Assembly (NCBI GenBank): GCA_963514005.1
Contig: OY740807.1
Coordinates: 1,674,001 to 1,738,000, forward strand
Reading direction: 5' to 3'
DNA: 64,000 bases
From: Raja brachyura
Taxonomy: Eukaryota
Of this stretch, positions 26,732 through 40,800 are shown piece after piece (the stretch's first letter is position 1; each line of letters opens with the position of its first letter). The notes below the pieces were generated by a model. The model saw only the letters and a list, made by a program, of their open reading frames with translations. It was not told the origin of the DNA and searched no databases. Position numbers and translations under genes: made by a program.

Positions 26732-27215
26732 ATAACCATATAACCATATAAAAATTACAGCAAGGAAACAGGCCTTCTCGGCCCTCCCAGTCCGTGCCGA
26801 CCATTTATTTTTCCCTAGTCCCATCTACCTGTACTCAGACCATACCCCTCCATTCCCTTCCCGTCCATATACCTATCCACTTTACTTTTAAATGTTAAAA
26901 TCGATCCTGCCTCCACCACTTCTGCAGGAGGATCATTCCACACAGCCACCACTCTCTGAGTAAAGAAGTTCCCCCTCATGTTACCCCTAAACTTCTGTCC
27001 CTTAATTCTCAATTCATGCCTTCTTGTTTGAATCTTTCCTACCCTCAATGGGAAAAGCTTATCCACGTCAACTCTGTCTATCCCTTTCATCATTTTAAAG
27101 ACCTAAATCAAGTTCCCCCTTAACCTTCTGAGCTCCAAAGAATAAAGACCTAACTTGTTCAACCTTTCTCTGTAACTTAGTTGCTGGAACCCAGGCAACA
27201 TTCTAGTAAATCTAT
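26732..27215 (-). mobile_element. CR1 3' fragment ((ataaccat)n family)
   Basis: ORF 26815..27093 and tail. Confidence 0.9.
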
Positions 27216-27234
27216 ATATCTATGATATATCTTG

Positions 27235-27530
27235 ATCAGTTTAGATTCGTTCAGTTTAGAGATAAAGCGCAGCAACAAGCCCATGGGCCCATTGGGTCTG
27301 CGCCGACCAGCGACCCCCACTATCCTACACCCACTAGGGACAATTTTTACATTTACCAAGCCAATTAACCTACAAACATGTACGTCTTTGGAGTGTGGGA
27401 GGTTACCGAAGCTCTCGGAGAAAACCAATGCAGGTCACGGGTAGAACATACAAACTCCGTACAGACAGAACCCGTAGTCGGGATCGAACCCGGGTCTCCG
27501 GCAGCAACTCTGCCGCTGCGACACCGTGAG
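27235..27530 (-). mobile_element. HE1-like tRNA-derived SINE
   Basis: Antisense B box (gggatcgaaccc), central SINE domain, CR1-like 3' tail. Confidence 0.75.
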
Positions 27531-27569
27531 TCCGTGGGCTGAGGACAATGGATGCGGTGCTCCCGCGCT

Positions 27570-29365
27570 CTTTTAGTGAGGAGGAACTTATTTCGGCATT
27601 TGTGGAACTCCTTGCCACCGAGGGCTGTGGAGTCCATGTCCAGTGGGCATTTTTAAGGCAGAGGTTGACACATTTTGATTAGAATGGTTGTCAATGGTTA
27701 TGGGGAAAAGGCAGGAAATGGGATTAGTAGGCAGAAATCAGACTTGATTAAATGGCGGATTAGACTCATAGAAACATAGAAACATAGAAAATAGGTGCAG
27801 GAGTAGGCCATTCGGCCCTTCGAGCCTGCACCGCCTCGATGGGCCCAATGCCTTAATTTTATTCTGATAATTAATGTCCTTAATTCCAGCCCACGGGTGT
27901 GTAACATGAAGATATTCCAAGGTCTCTGCACCTGTGGATTGGAAGATAGCTACTGTTATCCCACTTTTTAAGAAAGGAGGGAGAAAGAAAACAGGACATT
28001 ATAGAGCAGTTAGCCTGGCATCAGTGGTGGGGAAGGTGCTGGAGTCAATCAATAAAGATGTAATAGCGGCGCATTTGGATAGCAGTAACAGGATCGGTCC
28101 AAGTCACCATGGATTGATGAAGGGGAAATCTTGCTTGAGTAATTTTCTGGAATTTTTTCAGGATGTATCAAGAAATATGGATAAGGGAGAGCCAGTGGAT
28201 GTAGTGTATCTGGACTTTCGGAAAGCCTTTGACAGGGTCCTACACAGGAGATTAGTGGACACAATTAGAACACATGGTATTGGGGGTAGGGTATTGACAT
28301 GGAAAGAAAATTGGTTGGCAGACAGGAAACAAAGAGTAGGAATTAACGTGCCCCTTTCAGAATGACACGCAGTGACTAGTGGGGTGCCGCAAGGCTCTGT
28401 GCTGGGACCACAGCTATTTGCAATATATATAAATGAGTTAGATGAAGGAATTAAAAGTAACATTAGCAAATGCGCAGATATCGCAAAGCTGGGTGGCAGT
28501 GTGAACTGTGAAGAGGATGCTATGAGGATGCAGGGTGACTTGGATAGGTTGGGTGAGTGGACAGATGCAATATAATGTGGATAAATGTGAGTTTATACAC
28601 TTTGGTGGCAAGAACAAGAAGGCAGATTACCATCTGAATGTAGTCAGAATGTTGCAGGATAAGGGGAAGTGCCACGAGACCTGGGTGTTCTTGTACACCA
28701 GTCACTGAAAGTAAGCATGCAGGCACATCGGGCAGTGAAGAATGCTAATGGCATGTTGGCCTACATAATGAGAGGATTTGAGTGTAGGAACAAAGCGGTC
28801 CTCCTGCAGTTGTACGGGGCTCATGTGAGAGCGCCCCTGGAGTATTGCGTGCAGTTTTGGTCTCCTAATTTGAGGAAGGCCATTCTTCCCAGTGAGTGCA
28901 GCGGAGGTTCACGAGGTTAATTCCCGGGATGGCGGGACTGTCATATGATGAAAACATTGGACGACTGGGCTTGTATTTACTGGAGTTTAGAAGGATGAGA
29001 GAGGATCTTATAAAAACATATACAATTATTAAGGGATTGGACAAGCTAGATGCAGAGAACGTGTTCCCGATGTTGGGGGAGTGCAGAACCAGGGGCCACT
29101 GTTTAAGAATATGGGGTAGGTCATTTAGAACGGAGATGAGGAAAAACGTTTTCACCCAGAGTGTTGCGAATTTGTGGAATTCTCTGCCTCAAAAGGCAGT
29201 GGAGGCCGAATCACTGGATACATTGAAAATAGATTTATATAGGGCTCTTAGGGTTAGCGGAATCAAGGGATATGGGGAGATGGGGAGAGAATGGGGAGAA
29301 GACAGAAGCGGGGTACTGAATATGGATGATCAGCCATGATCCCATTGAATGGCGGTGCTGGCTCG
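27570..29365 (+). mobile_element. CR1 RT fragments
   Basis: ORFs 27934..28365, 28372..28575, 28896..29339. Confidence 0.88.
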
Positions 29366-29394
29366 AATTGCTTGGTTTATACAATACATATTTC

Positions 29395-29680
29395 AGTTAG
29401 TTTTCTTTAGAGACACGTCCCTTCGGCCCAGCGAGTCCGCACCGACCAGCGACCTCCGCACACTTACATTATCCTACACACACTGGGGACAATTTACATT
29501 TATACCAAGTCAATTAACCTACAAATCTCTATGCTTTTGGATTATGGGAGGAAACAAAAGATCGAGAGGAAAACCTACGCAGCTCGTGGGGAGAACGTAC
29601 TAATTCCGTACAGACAAGTATCCGTAGTCAAGATCGAACCCGGGTCTCTGACAGTAGCTCAACTGCCACGCCACCTCTGG
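29395..29680 (-). mobile_element. HE1-like SINE
   Basis: Same structure as 27235-27530. Confidence 0.7.
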
Positions 29681-30175
29681 ATAGAATAGATTTTACATAT
29701 ACAGTGGCTTGCAAAAGTTTTCATACCCCTTGTACTTTTCCACATTTTGTCACGTTACAACCACAAACGTAAACGTATTTTATTGGGAATTTATGTGATA
29801 GACCAACACAAAGTGGTGCATAATTGTGAAGTGGAAGGAAAATGATACATGGTTTCCAGCTTTGTCTCTACCAGCTTTGCACATCTAGAGACTGAAATTT
29901 TTGCCCATTCTTCTTTGCAAAATAGCTCAAGCTCAGCCCGATTCGATGGAGAGTGTCTGTGAACAGCAATTTTCAAGTCTTGCCCGAGATTCTCAATTGG
30001 ATTTAGGTCTGGACTTTGACTGGGCCATTCGAACACATGAATATGCTTTGATCTAAACCATTCCATTGTAGCTCTGGCTGTATGTTTAGGGTCGTTGTCC
30101 TGCTGGAAGGTGAACCTCCACCCCAGTCTCAAGTCTTTTGCAGACTCTAACAGGTTTTCTTCCAAGATTGCCCTG

Positions 30176-33100
30176 TAACCATATAACCATATAACAATTA
30201 CAGCACGGAAACAGGCCCTCTTGGCCCTTCCAGTCCGTGCTGAACATTTATTTTCCCCTAGTCCCATCTACCTGCACTCAGACCATACCCCTCCATTCCC
30301 TTCCCCTCCATATACCTATCCACTTTACTTTTAAATGTTAAAATCGATCCTGCCTCCACCACTTCTGCTGGAAGATAATTCCACACAGCCACCACTCTCT
30401 GAGTAAAGAAGTTCCCCCTAAACTTCTGTCCCTTAATTCTCATGTCATGCCCTCTTGTTTGAATCTTCCCTACCCTCAATGGGAAAAGCTTATCCACGTC
30501 AACTCTGTCTATCCCTTTCATCATTTTAAAGACCTCAATCAAGTCCCCCCTTAACCTTCTGCGCTCCAAAGAATAAAGACCTAACTTGTTCACCCTTTCT
30601 CTGTAACTTAGTTGCTGGAACCCAGGCAACATTCTAGTAAATCTCCTCTGTACTTTCTCTATTTTGTTGACATCCTTCCTATAATTAGGCGACCAAAATT
30701 GTACACCACACTCCAGAATTGGTTTCACCTTGTACAATTTTAACATTACTTCCCTACTCCGATATTCAATCCTCTGATTTATAAAGGCCAGCACACCAAA
30801 AGCTTTCTTTACCACCCTTTCTACATGCGATTCGACCTTCAGGGAACTATGCAGAGTTATTCCTAGATCCCTCTGTTCCACAGCATTCCTCAATTCCCTA
30901 CCATTTACCATGTACGTCCTATTTTGATTTGTCCTGCCAAGATGTAGCACCTCATACTTATCAGCATGAAACTCCATCTGCCATCTTTCAGCCCACTCTT
31001 CCAAATATCCCAAATCTCCCTGTAGACTTTGAAAATCTACTTCATTATCCACAACACCACCTATCTTAGTATCATCTGCATACTTACTTATCCAATTTTC
31101 CACCCCATTATCCAGATCATTGATGCACATTACAAACAACAGTGGGCCCAACACAGATCCCTGAAGCACGCCACTGGTCACCGGCTTCCAACCTGACAAA
31201 CAGCCATCCCCCATTACTCTCTAGCATCTTCCATTCAGCCACTGTTGAATCCATCTTCAAAAAATTCAAGAAGGTTTGTCAAACATGACCTTCCAGGCAC
31301 AAATCCATGTTGAGTGTTCCTGATCAGACCCTGTTTATCCAGATGCTTATATATATTATCTCTAAGTATCCTTTCCATTAAGTTGCCCACCACTGACGTC
31401 GAACTAACAGGTCTATAATTGCTAGGTTTATTGTTTGAACCCTTTTTAAAAATGGAACAACATGCGCATTATGCCAATCCTCCGGCACTATTCCCGTTTC
31501 TAATGACATTTGAAATATTTCTGTCATAGCCCCTGCTATTTCTACACTGACTTCCTTCAATGTCCTTGGGAATATCCTGTCAGGACCTGGAGACTTATCC
31601 ACTTTTATATTTTTCAAAAGTGTCAGTACTTCCTCCTCTTTGAATCTCATAGTTTCCATAGCTACTCTACTTTTTTTCCCTTACCTCACAGAGTTCAATA
31701 TCTTTCTCCTTGTTGAATACAGAAGAAAAGAAATTGTTCAATATCTCCCCCATCTCTTTTGGCTCTGCAGGTAGCTGTCCATTCTGGCTCTCTGATGGTC
31801 CAATTTTATCCCTCGTTATCCTTTTGCTAATAATATAGCTGTAGAAACCCTTTGGGTTTACTTTCATCTTTCTTGCCAAAGCAACCTCATATCTTCTTTT
31901 AGCTTTTCTAATTTCTTTCTTAAGATTCTTTTTACATTCTTTATACTCCTCTGGCACTTAATTTACTCCGTGCCTCCTATAATTATTGTAGATATCTCTC
32001 TTTTTCGAACCAAGTGTCCAATTTCCCTTGAAAGACATGGCTCTTTCCAAGTTTTACTATTTCCTTTCAACCGAATTGGCATACTGCGCATGTTGTTCCA
32101 TTGCTTAAAAAGGGTTCTAAGAGTAAACCTAGCAATTATAGACCGGTTAGTTTGACTTCAGTGGTGGGCAAATTAATGGAAAAGATACAGAGATAAGATA
32201 TATAAGCATCTGGATAAACAGGGTCTAATTAGGAACAGTCAACATGGATTTATGCCTGGAAGGTCATGTTTGACTAATCTTCTTGAATTTTTTGAAGAGG
32301 TTACTAGGGAAATTGACGAGGGTAAAGCAGTGGATGTTGTCTATATGGACTTCAGTAAGGCCTTTGACAAGGTTCCTCATGGAAGGTTGGTTAAGAAGGT
32401 TCAACTGTTGGGTATAAATGCAGGAATAGCAAGATGGATTCAACAGTGGCTGAATGGGAGAAGCCAGAGGGTAATGGTGGATGGCTGTTTGTCGGGTTGG
32501 AGGCAGGTGACTAGTGGGGTGCCTCAGGGATCTGTGTTGGGTCCTTTGTTGTTTGTCATGTACATCAATAATCTGGATGAAGGGGTGGTAAATTGGATTA
32601 GTAAGTATGCAGATGATACCAAGATAGGGGGTGTTGTGGATAATGAAGAGGATTTCCAAAGTCTACAGAGTGATTTAGGCCAGTTGGAAAAATGGGCTGA
32701 AAGATGGCAGATGGAGTTTAATGCTGATAAATGTGAGGTGCTACACCTTGGCAGGACAAATCAAAATAGGACGTACATGGTAAACGGTAGGGAATTGAAG
32801 AATACAGTTGAACAGAGGGATCTGGGAATAACCGTACATAGTTCTTTGAAGGTGGAATCTCATATAGATAGGGTGGTAAAGAAAGCTTTTGGTATGCTAG
32901 CCTTTATAAATCAGAGCATTGAGTATAGAAGCTGGGATGTAATGTTAAAATTGTACAAGGCATTGGTGAGACCAAATCTGGAGTATGGTGTACAATTTTG
33001 GTCGCCCAATTATAGGAAGGATATCAACAAAATAGAGAGGGTACAGAGGAGATTTACTAGAATGTTGCCTGGGTTTCAACAGCTAAGTTACAGAGATAGG

Positions 33101-34555
33101 TTGAATAAGTTAGGTCTTTATTCTCTGGAGCGCAGAAGGTTAAGGGGGGACTTGATAGAGGTCTTTAAAATGATGAGAGGGATAGACAGAGTTGATGTGG
33201 ACAAGCTTTTCCCTTTGAGAATAGGGAAGATTCAAACAAGAGGACATGACTTTAGAATTAAGGGACATAAGTTTAGGGGTAACATGAGGGGGAACTTATT
33301 TACTCAGAGAGTGGTAGCGGTGTGGAATGAGCTTCCAATGGAAGTGGAGGTGGCAGGTTCGTTGGTATCATTTAAAAATAAATTGGATTGGCATATGGAT
33401 GAGAAGGGTATGGAGGGTTATGGTATGAGTGCAGGCAGGTGGGGCTAAGGGAAAAAAGTTGTTCGGCATGGACTTGAAGGGCCGAGATGGCCTGTTTCCG
33501 TGCTGTAATTGTTATATGGTTATATGGTTAACAGGGACATAAAGATTCTGTATTCTTACAATTTCCCCTTTAAATGTCCTCCATTTCTCTTCTACATCCT
33601 TCCCATAAAACAAAATGTCCCAATTCACTCCTTTTAAATCCTTACACATTCCCTCAAAGTTAGCCTTGCTCCAATCAAAAATCTCAACCCAGGTCCAGTT
33701 CTGACTCTCTCCATAATTATATTACATAGAAACATAGAAAATAGGTGCAGGAGTAGGCCATTCGGCCCTTCGAGCCTGCACCGCCATTCAATGTGATCAT
33801 GGCTGATCATCCAACTCAGTATCCCGTACCTGCCTTCTCTCCATACCCCCTGATCCCTTTAGCCACAAGTGCCACATCTAACGCCCTCTTAAATATAGCC
33901 AATGAACTGGCCTCAACTACCTTCTGTGGCAGAGAATTCCAGAGACTCACCACTCTCTGTGTAAAGAATGTTTTCCTCATTTCGGTCCTAAAGGAATTCC
34001 CCCTTATCCTTAGACTGTGACCCCTTGTTCTGGAACTAATTGAAACTAATATTGAAACTAATATTGAAACTAATGATATTGTAATCACTGGTCCCAAAGT
34101 GCTCACCAACGCATACCTCTGTCACCTGACCTGCCTCATTTCCTAACAGGAGGTCCAGCACTGCCCCTTCTCTGGTCGATACCTCTATGTATTGCTGCAA
34201 AAAACTATCCTGCACACATTTTACAAACTCCAAACCATCCAGCCCATTTACAGAATGTGTTTCCCAGTCTATTTTTGGAAAATTGAAATCTCCCACAATC
34301 ACTACCTTGTGCTTACTACTAATATCTGTTATCTCCTTACATATTTGCTCTTCCAATTCTCGCTCCCCATTTAACAGTCTATAATACACCCCTAAAAGTG
34401 TTGCTACACCGTTCCCACTTCTCAGTTCCACCCAAATAGCCTCCCTAGACGAGCCCTCTAATCTATCCTGCCAAAGCACTGCTGTGATATCTTCTCTGAC
34501 AAGCAATGCAACACCTCCACCCCAGGTCCCTCCAATTCTAGCACACCTGAAGCAA
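30176..34555 (-). mobile_element. Long CR1 nested in the Tc1, itself interrupted by further CR1 insertions
   Basis: ORFs 30258..31214, 31378..31659, 31667..31957, 34036..34506 (APE). Confidence 0.88.
32076..33530 (+). mobile_element. Young 5'-truncated CR1 nested in the opposite-strand CR1
   Basis: Open RT ORF 32252..33448 (YADD); host sequence ttcaaccgaa|acagggacat is interrupted; (tatatggt)n tail. Confidence 0.9.
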
Positions 34556-36004
34556 CAAAAATTAAAGTTTTTGGCCTAAATGCAAAGCGCTATGTATGGC
34601 AGAAAAAAGAACACTGCACATCACCCATATGTATTTGGCTCCTTCCATCTTCCCATCAACTCTGACCAGCTTCCCTGTCCCTGCTGAAGAAAAGCATCCC
34701 CAAAGCATGATGCTGCCACCATCATGTTTCACAGTGGGGATGGTGTGTTCAGGGTGATGTGCAGTGCTCGTTTTCTGCCACACATGGCGTTTTGCATTTA
34801 GGCCAAAAACTTCAATTTTGGTCTCATCAGACCAGAGCACCTTCCTCCACATGTTTGCTGTGCCCTCCACATGGCTTGTGGCAAACTGCAAACGGGACTT
34901 CTTATGGCTTTGTTTCAACAATGGCTTTCTTCTTTCCACTCTTCCATAAAGGCCCGATTTGTGGAGTGCACGACTAATAGTTGTCCTGTGGACAGATTCT
35001 CCCACCTGAGCTGTGGATCTCTGTAGCTCCTCCAGAGTTACCATGGGCCACTTGGCTGCTTCTCTGATCAATGCTCTCCTTGCCCGGCCTGTCAGTTTAG
35101 GTGGACGGCCATGTCTTGGTAGGTTTGCAGTTGTGCATACTCTTTCCATTTTCGGATGATGGATTGAACAGTGCTCCGTGAGATGTTCAAAGCTTGGGAT
35201 ATTTTTTTCAAACCTAACCCTGCTTTAAACTTCTCCACAACTTTATCCCTGACCTGTCTGGTGTGTTCCTTGGGCTTCGTGATGCTGTTTGTTCACTAAT
35301 GTTCTCTAACAAACCTCTGAGGCCTTCACAGAACAGCTGTATTTATACTGAGATTAGATTACACACAAGTGGACTCTATTTACTAGTGACTTCTGAAGGC
35401 AATTGGTTGCGCTGGATTTTATTTAGGGGTATCAGTGTAAAGGGGGCTGAATACTTTTGCATGCCACATATTTCAGTTTTTTATTTGTAAAAAAAATTGA
35501 AAACCATGTATAATTTTCCTTCCACTTCACAATTATGCGCCACTTTGTGTTGGTCTATCACATAAAATCCCAATAAAATACATTTACGTTTGTGGATGTA
35601 ACGTGACAAAATGTGGAAAAGTAAAGGGGTATGAAAACTTTTGCAAGCCACTGTATTGTTGGACGTGAAGGGAATTGATGCTCTGGGTTTCGTGCGGGAG
35701 GGTAGCACTCGGGTAAATGATCAGCCACCTTCACGTTGAACAAGGGCGAGCCGAGGCGCGAGGAACCCCGTACCCTAATAGTATTTAATGGTCAAATGCA
35801 CTGGGAAAGGAACATTGATATTCTCACTTTTGATACCTTGATAGACCCATTGACGTATTAACGCGGAGAAAATATACAGTAATCAATAATACAATCAATT
35901 AGTAATCAGTTATACAAGGTAACCACAAAAGTAGAAAACCGAAGCCTGTTGTGCAACCAAAATCAGAGAATATCACAGTTGCTGCGGTAGTGGTTTGTGT
36001 TGTG

Positions 36005-36260
36005 CGCTTTTTAGTTTAAAGGTACAATATGGAAACAGGCTGACCAAAGATCACTCATACACACATGTTCCATGTTATCCTACCTTTGCATTATCTAAAG
36101 ACCAGCATTTTTGGGGGGATGTTTGAGGAAACTGGAACACCGGGAGAAAATTAGCGCGGACAGAGGGAGAAGCAATTCCACACGGACAGCACCCGAGATC
36201 AGAAACCTGGGTCTCTGGCGCTGTGAGACAGCAGCTCTACCCGCTGCTCCACTGCGGCAG
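36005..36260 (-). mobile_element. HE1-like SINE
   Basis: Antisense tRNA-derived head and central SINE domain. Confidence 0.6.
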
Positions 36261-36875
36261 GGTGTCCAAGAGCCTGGTGATTGCTGGGAAGAGTAATGCA
36301 CTGTCATACCCATGTCTTTATTTCTGATGTAATGCCTCACACTGAATGCCCATGCGCGAGTGGCGCAGGGAATGGATTCTCGCGTCGGTGGCGCAGACTC
36401 AACCCGTTGGTCAGGAACTCAGGTACTCAGTCTTCCCGTGGATTTTGAAGCAACAGCAACAAAGAGAAGCAGGAGAAAGCACTGATTGGCTCTAGCCCAA
36501 GTGGGAGGAGAGTTCTCAGTGAGTCAGAGGGGGAAAGCAGTTGAAAAGGAGGGACAAAGCACAGGCAGACTGTACTCAGTCTTCCCGTGGATTTTGAAGC
36601 AACAGCAACAAAGAGAAGCAGGAGAAAGCACTGATTGGCTCTAGCCCAAATGGGAGGAGAGTTCTCAGTGAGTCAGAGGGGGAAAGCAGTTGAAAACTGA
36701 GGAATTTGGTTTGTAAATTAGGTAATTGAACAGTCAATATAAGCAAGGCAGCTCTTGGGGAGCGGCAGTGAGTGAGCGGCCTTGTGAGGGAAGTGCCCTG
36801 TGAGTAAAGTGTGAGTCTTCGGAGAGGAGGCTGCGCAATACACTGGATAGGGAGAGACCGAGGCAAAAGAAGGAG

Positions 36876-37802
36876 ATGTCAAGCAAGCTGATGCAGTGTG
36901 ATGCTTGCAGTATGTGGGAGGTCAAGGACACTGCTGGTGCCTCTGGATGCTACAAATGTGAGAAGTGCATCCAGGTACAGCTCCTGAAGGACCGTGTTGG
37001 GGAATTGGAAAAACAAGTGGATGACCTCAGGTTCATCCGAGAAACTGAGTCGTTCCTCGACAAGTCCTTCAGTAAGATTGTTACACCCAAGGCACTAGAA
37101 GAGAGAAGGTGGGTGACGGTGAGAAAGGGAGGAAAACATGGAATGCAAAGGTCCCCGGGTGTTGTACCTCTTGTGAACAGGTTCACCCACGTGGAAGCTG
37201 CCGGGACAGAAGACGGTATCTCACTGAGCGGCGGACTGGCTTGCCAAACAAAAAGGGCTGATGAGCCAAAACCAAAGAGGCCAAAGTCGGGCAACGCCAT
37301 TGTAGTTGGAGACTCCATTGTGAGAGGTACGGACAGGGTTTTTTGCGGCAACAGACGGGATTCCAGGATGGTGTGCTGCCTTCCTGGTGCCAGGATCCAG
37401 GATGTTACGGACAGAGTGCAGACAATCCTCAAGGGCGAAGGTGAACAGCCGGAAGTGGTCGTGCATGTTGGCACAAATGATGTTGGAAAGAAGGGGATGA
37501 ATATTTTGCAGCGGGACTTCAGAGAGCTTGGAAAAATGCTAAAAAGCAGGACTTCCAGGGTTGTTATCTCCGGTTTGCTTCCAGTTCCTCGTGCTGGCGA
37601 GAGCAGGAACAGGGAGATACGGGACCTGAATGCGTGGCTGAGGAACTGGTGCAGGGGGCAGGGATTTAGATTCTTAGATCACTGGGATCTGTTTTGGAGT
37701 AAGGGGGAACTGTACAAAAGGGACGGATTGCATCTTAACAGGTGGGGGACCAGCATTCTGGCCGGCAGGTTTGCCACTGCTACACGGATGGTTTTAAACT
37801 GA
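36876..37802 (+). CDS. CR1 ORF1p (Zn-finger, leucine zipper, SGNH/GDSL esterase)
   Basis: CDAC...CEKC, heptad leucines, GDSIVR, HVGTND and DGLH motifs. Confidence 0.9.
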   Translation: MSSKLMQCDACSMWEVKDTAGASGCYKCEKCIQVQLLKDRVGELEKQVDDLRFIRETESFLDKSFSKIVTPKALEERRWVTVRKGGKHGMQRSPGVVPLVNRFTHVEAAGTEDGISLSGGLACQTKRADEPKPKRPKSGNAIVVGDSIVRGTDRVFCGNRRDSRMVCCLPGARIQDVTDRVQTILKGEGEQPEVVVHVGTNDVGKKGMNILQRDFRELGKMLKSRTSRVVISGLLPVPRAGESRNREIRDLNAWLRNWCRGQGFRFLDHWDLFWSKGELYKRDGLHLNRWGTSILAGRFATATRMVLN

Positions 37803-40800
37803 ATAAGGGGGGTGGGGTGTCAAATGGGATAATTGAGAACGGAGTTAAAGGGAAAGAGAGTAAAGGGATGGTTAATGACCCCAGAATTAACGGGAAAGAA
37901 AGCTCACAACGGGATAGGAGAGTATGGCCAAGTGTAATAGGGATCGATGTGAAAGGGGCCACTTGTCAACATAATTGTATAAGGAGTAAGAGTATTGTAA
38001 AAACAAGCCTGAAGGCTTTGTGTCTCAATGCGAGGAGCATTCGTAATAAGGTGGATGAGTTGAAGGTGCAGATAGCGATTAATGACTATGCTATAGTTGG
38101 GATCACGGAGACATGGCTCCAGGATGACCAAGGTTGGGAGCTGAACATCCAGGGATATTCAATATTCAGGAGGGATAGACGAAAAGGAAAAGGAGGTGGG
38201 GTAGCGTTGCTGGTGAGAGAGGAGATTAATGCAATAGAAAGGAAGGACATTAGCGTGGAGGATGTGGAATCGATATGGGTAGAGCTGCGAAACTCTAAGG
38301 GGCAGAAAACGCTAGTGGGAGCTGTGTACAGGCCACCTAACAGTAGTATTGGAGTTGGGGATGGCATCAAACAGGAAATTAGAAATGCGTGCAACAAGGG
38401 TAACACGGTTATAATGTGTGACTTCAATCTGCATGTAGATTGGGTGAATCAAATTGGCAGGGGTGCTGAGGAAGAGGATTTCCTGGAATGTATGCGGGAT
38501 AGTTTTCTCAACCAACATGTGGAGGAACCAACGAGAGAGCAGGCTATTCTAGACTGGGTATTGAGTAATGAGGAAGGGTTAGTTAGCAGTCTTGTTGTGC
38601 GTGGCCCCTTGGGCAAGAGTGACCATAATATGGTTGAGTTCTTCATTAGGATGGAGAGTGACAAAATTAAGTCAGAAACAAGAGTTCTGAACTTGAACAA
38701 AGGTAACTTTGAAGGTATGAGATGTGAATTGGCCAAGATAGACTGGCAGGTGATTCTTAAAGGGTTGACAGTGGATGTGCAATGGAAGGTATTTAAAGAC
38801 TGCATGGATGAAGTACAAAAGTTGTTCATACCAGTTTGGCAAAAGAATAAATCAGGGAAGGTGGTGCATCCATGGATAACAAGGGAAATCAGGGATAGTA
38901 TAAAAACAAAAGATGAGGCATACAAATTTGCCAGAAAAAGCAGCCTACCGGAGGACTGGGAGAAATTCAGAATGCAGCAGAGGAGGACAAAGGGCTTAAT
39001 TAGGAAAGGGAAAATAGATTATGAAAGGAAACTGGCAGGGAACATAAAAACTGACTGCAAGAGTTTTTATAGATATGTGAAGAGAAAGAGACTAGTTAAA
39101 ACAAATGTTGGTCCCTTGCAGTCAGAAACAGGTGAATTGATCATGGGGAACAAGGACATGGCAGACCAATTGAATAACTACTTTGGTTCTGTCTTCACTA
39201 AGGAAGACATAAATAATCTGCCGGAAATAGCAGTGGAACTGGGGTCAAATAAGATGGAGGAACTGAGTAAAATCCAGGTTCGCCGGGAGGTGGTGTTGGG
39301 TAAATTGAACGGATTGAAGGCCGATAAATCCCCAGGGCCAGATAGTCTGCATCCCAGAGTACTCAAGGAGGTAGCCACAGAAATAGTGGATGCATTAGTG
39401 ATAATTTTTCAAAATTCCTTAGATTCTGGAGTAGTTTCTGAGGATTGGAGGGTAGCTAATGTAACCCCACTTTTTAAAAAAGCAGGGAGAGAGAAAGCGG
39501 AGAATTACAGACCAGTTAGTCTAACATCGGTAGTGGGGAAACTGCTAGAGTCAGTTATTAAAGATGGGATAGCAGCGCATTTGGAAAGTGGTGAAATCAT
39601 TGGACAAAGTCAGCATGGATTTACGAAAGGTAAATCATGTCTGACAAATCTGATAGAATTTTTTGAGGATGTAACTAGTAGAGTGGATAAGGGAGAACCA
39701 GTGGATGTGTTATATCTAGACTTTCAGAAGGCTTTCGACAAGGTCCTGCATAAGAGATTAGCATACAAACTTAAAGCCCACGTTATTGGGGGTTCAGTAT
39801 TGATGTGGATAGAGAACTGGCTAGCAGACAGGAGGCAAAGGGTAGGAGTAAACGGGTCCTTTTCAGAATGGCAGGCAGTGACTAGTGGGGTGCCGCAAGG
39901 CTCAGTGCTGGGACCCCAGCTATTTACAATATATATTAATGATTTGGACGAGGGAATTCAATGCAACATCTCCAAATTTGCAGATGATACCAAGCTGGGG
40001 GGTATAGTTAGGTGTGAGGAGGATGCTTGGAGGCTGCAGGGTGATTTGGATAGGCTGAGTGAATGGGTAGATGCATGGCAGATGCAGTATAATGTGGATA
40101 AATGTGAGGTTATCCACTTTGGTGGCAAAAACATGAGGGTAGACTATTATCTGAATGGTGGCAGATTAGGAAAGGGGGAGATGCAACGAGAACTGGGTGT
40201 CATGGTACACCAGTCATTGAAAGTAGGCATGCAGTTGCAGCAGGCAGTGAAGAAAGCAAATGGTATGTTAGCATTCATAGCGAAAGGATTTGAGTATAGG
40301 AGCAGGGAGGTTCTACTGCAGTTGCACAGGGTTTTGGTGAGGCCACACCTGGAGTATTGCGTACAGTTTTGGTCTCCAAATCTGAGGAAAGACATCCTTG
40401 CCATAGAGGGGGTACAGAGAAGATTCACCAGACTGATTCCTGGGATGTCAGGACTTTCATATGAGGAAAGATTGGATAGACTCGGCTTGTACTCGCTGGA
40501 ATTTAGAAGATTGAGGGGGGATCTTATAGAAACTTACAAAATTCTTAAGGGGTTGGACAAGCTAGATGCTGGAAGATTGTTCCCGATGTTGGGGGAGTCC
40601 AGAACAAGGGGTCACAGTCGAAGGATAAGGGGGAATTCCTTTAGGACCGAAATGAGGAAAACATTCTTTGCACAGAGAGTCGTGAGTCTCTGGAATTCTC
40701 TGCCACAGAAGGTAGTTGAGGCCAGTTCATTGGCTATATTTAAGAGGGCGTTAGATGTGGCACTTGTGGCTAAAGGGATCAGGGGGTATGGAGAGAAGGC

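Larger units (their letters stand above)
29702..35653 (-). mobile_element. Tc1 (DD34E) DNA transposon with long TIRs, interrupted by about 4.4 kb of nested CR1
   Basis: TA|CAGTGGCTTGCAAAAGTTTTCATACCCC ... GGGGTATGAAAACTTTTGCAAGCCACTG|TA; transposase halves at about 35149-34630 ([19 protein letters not shown]) and 30175-29860 (QQDNDPKH...SPDLNPIE, 34 residues between D and E). Confidence 0.92.

Noticed and set aside
34036-34075. 12-bp tandem repeat (gaaactaatatt)
   Set aside because: Local slippage of CR1 sequence at an insertion junction
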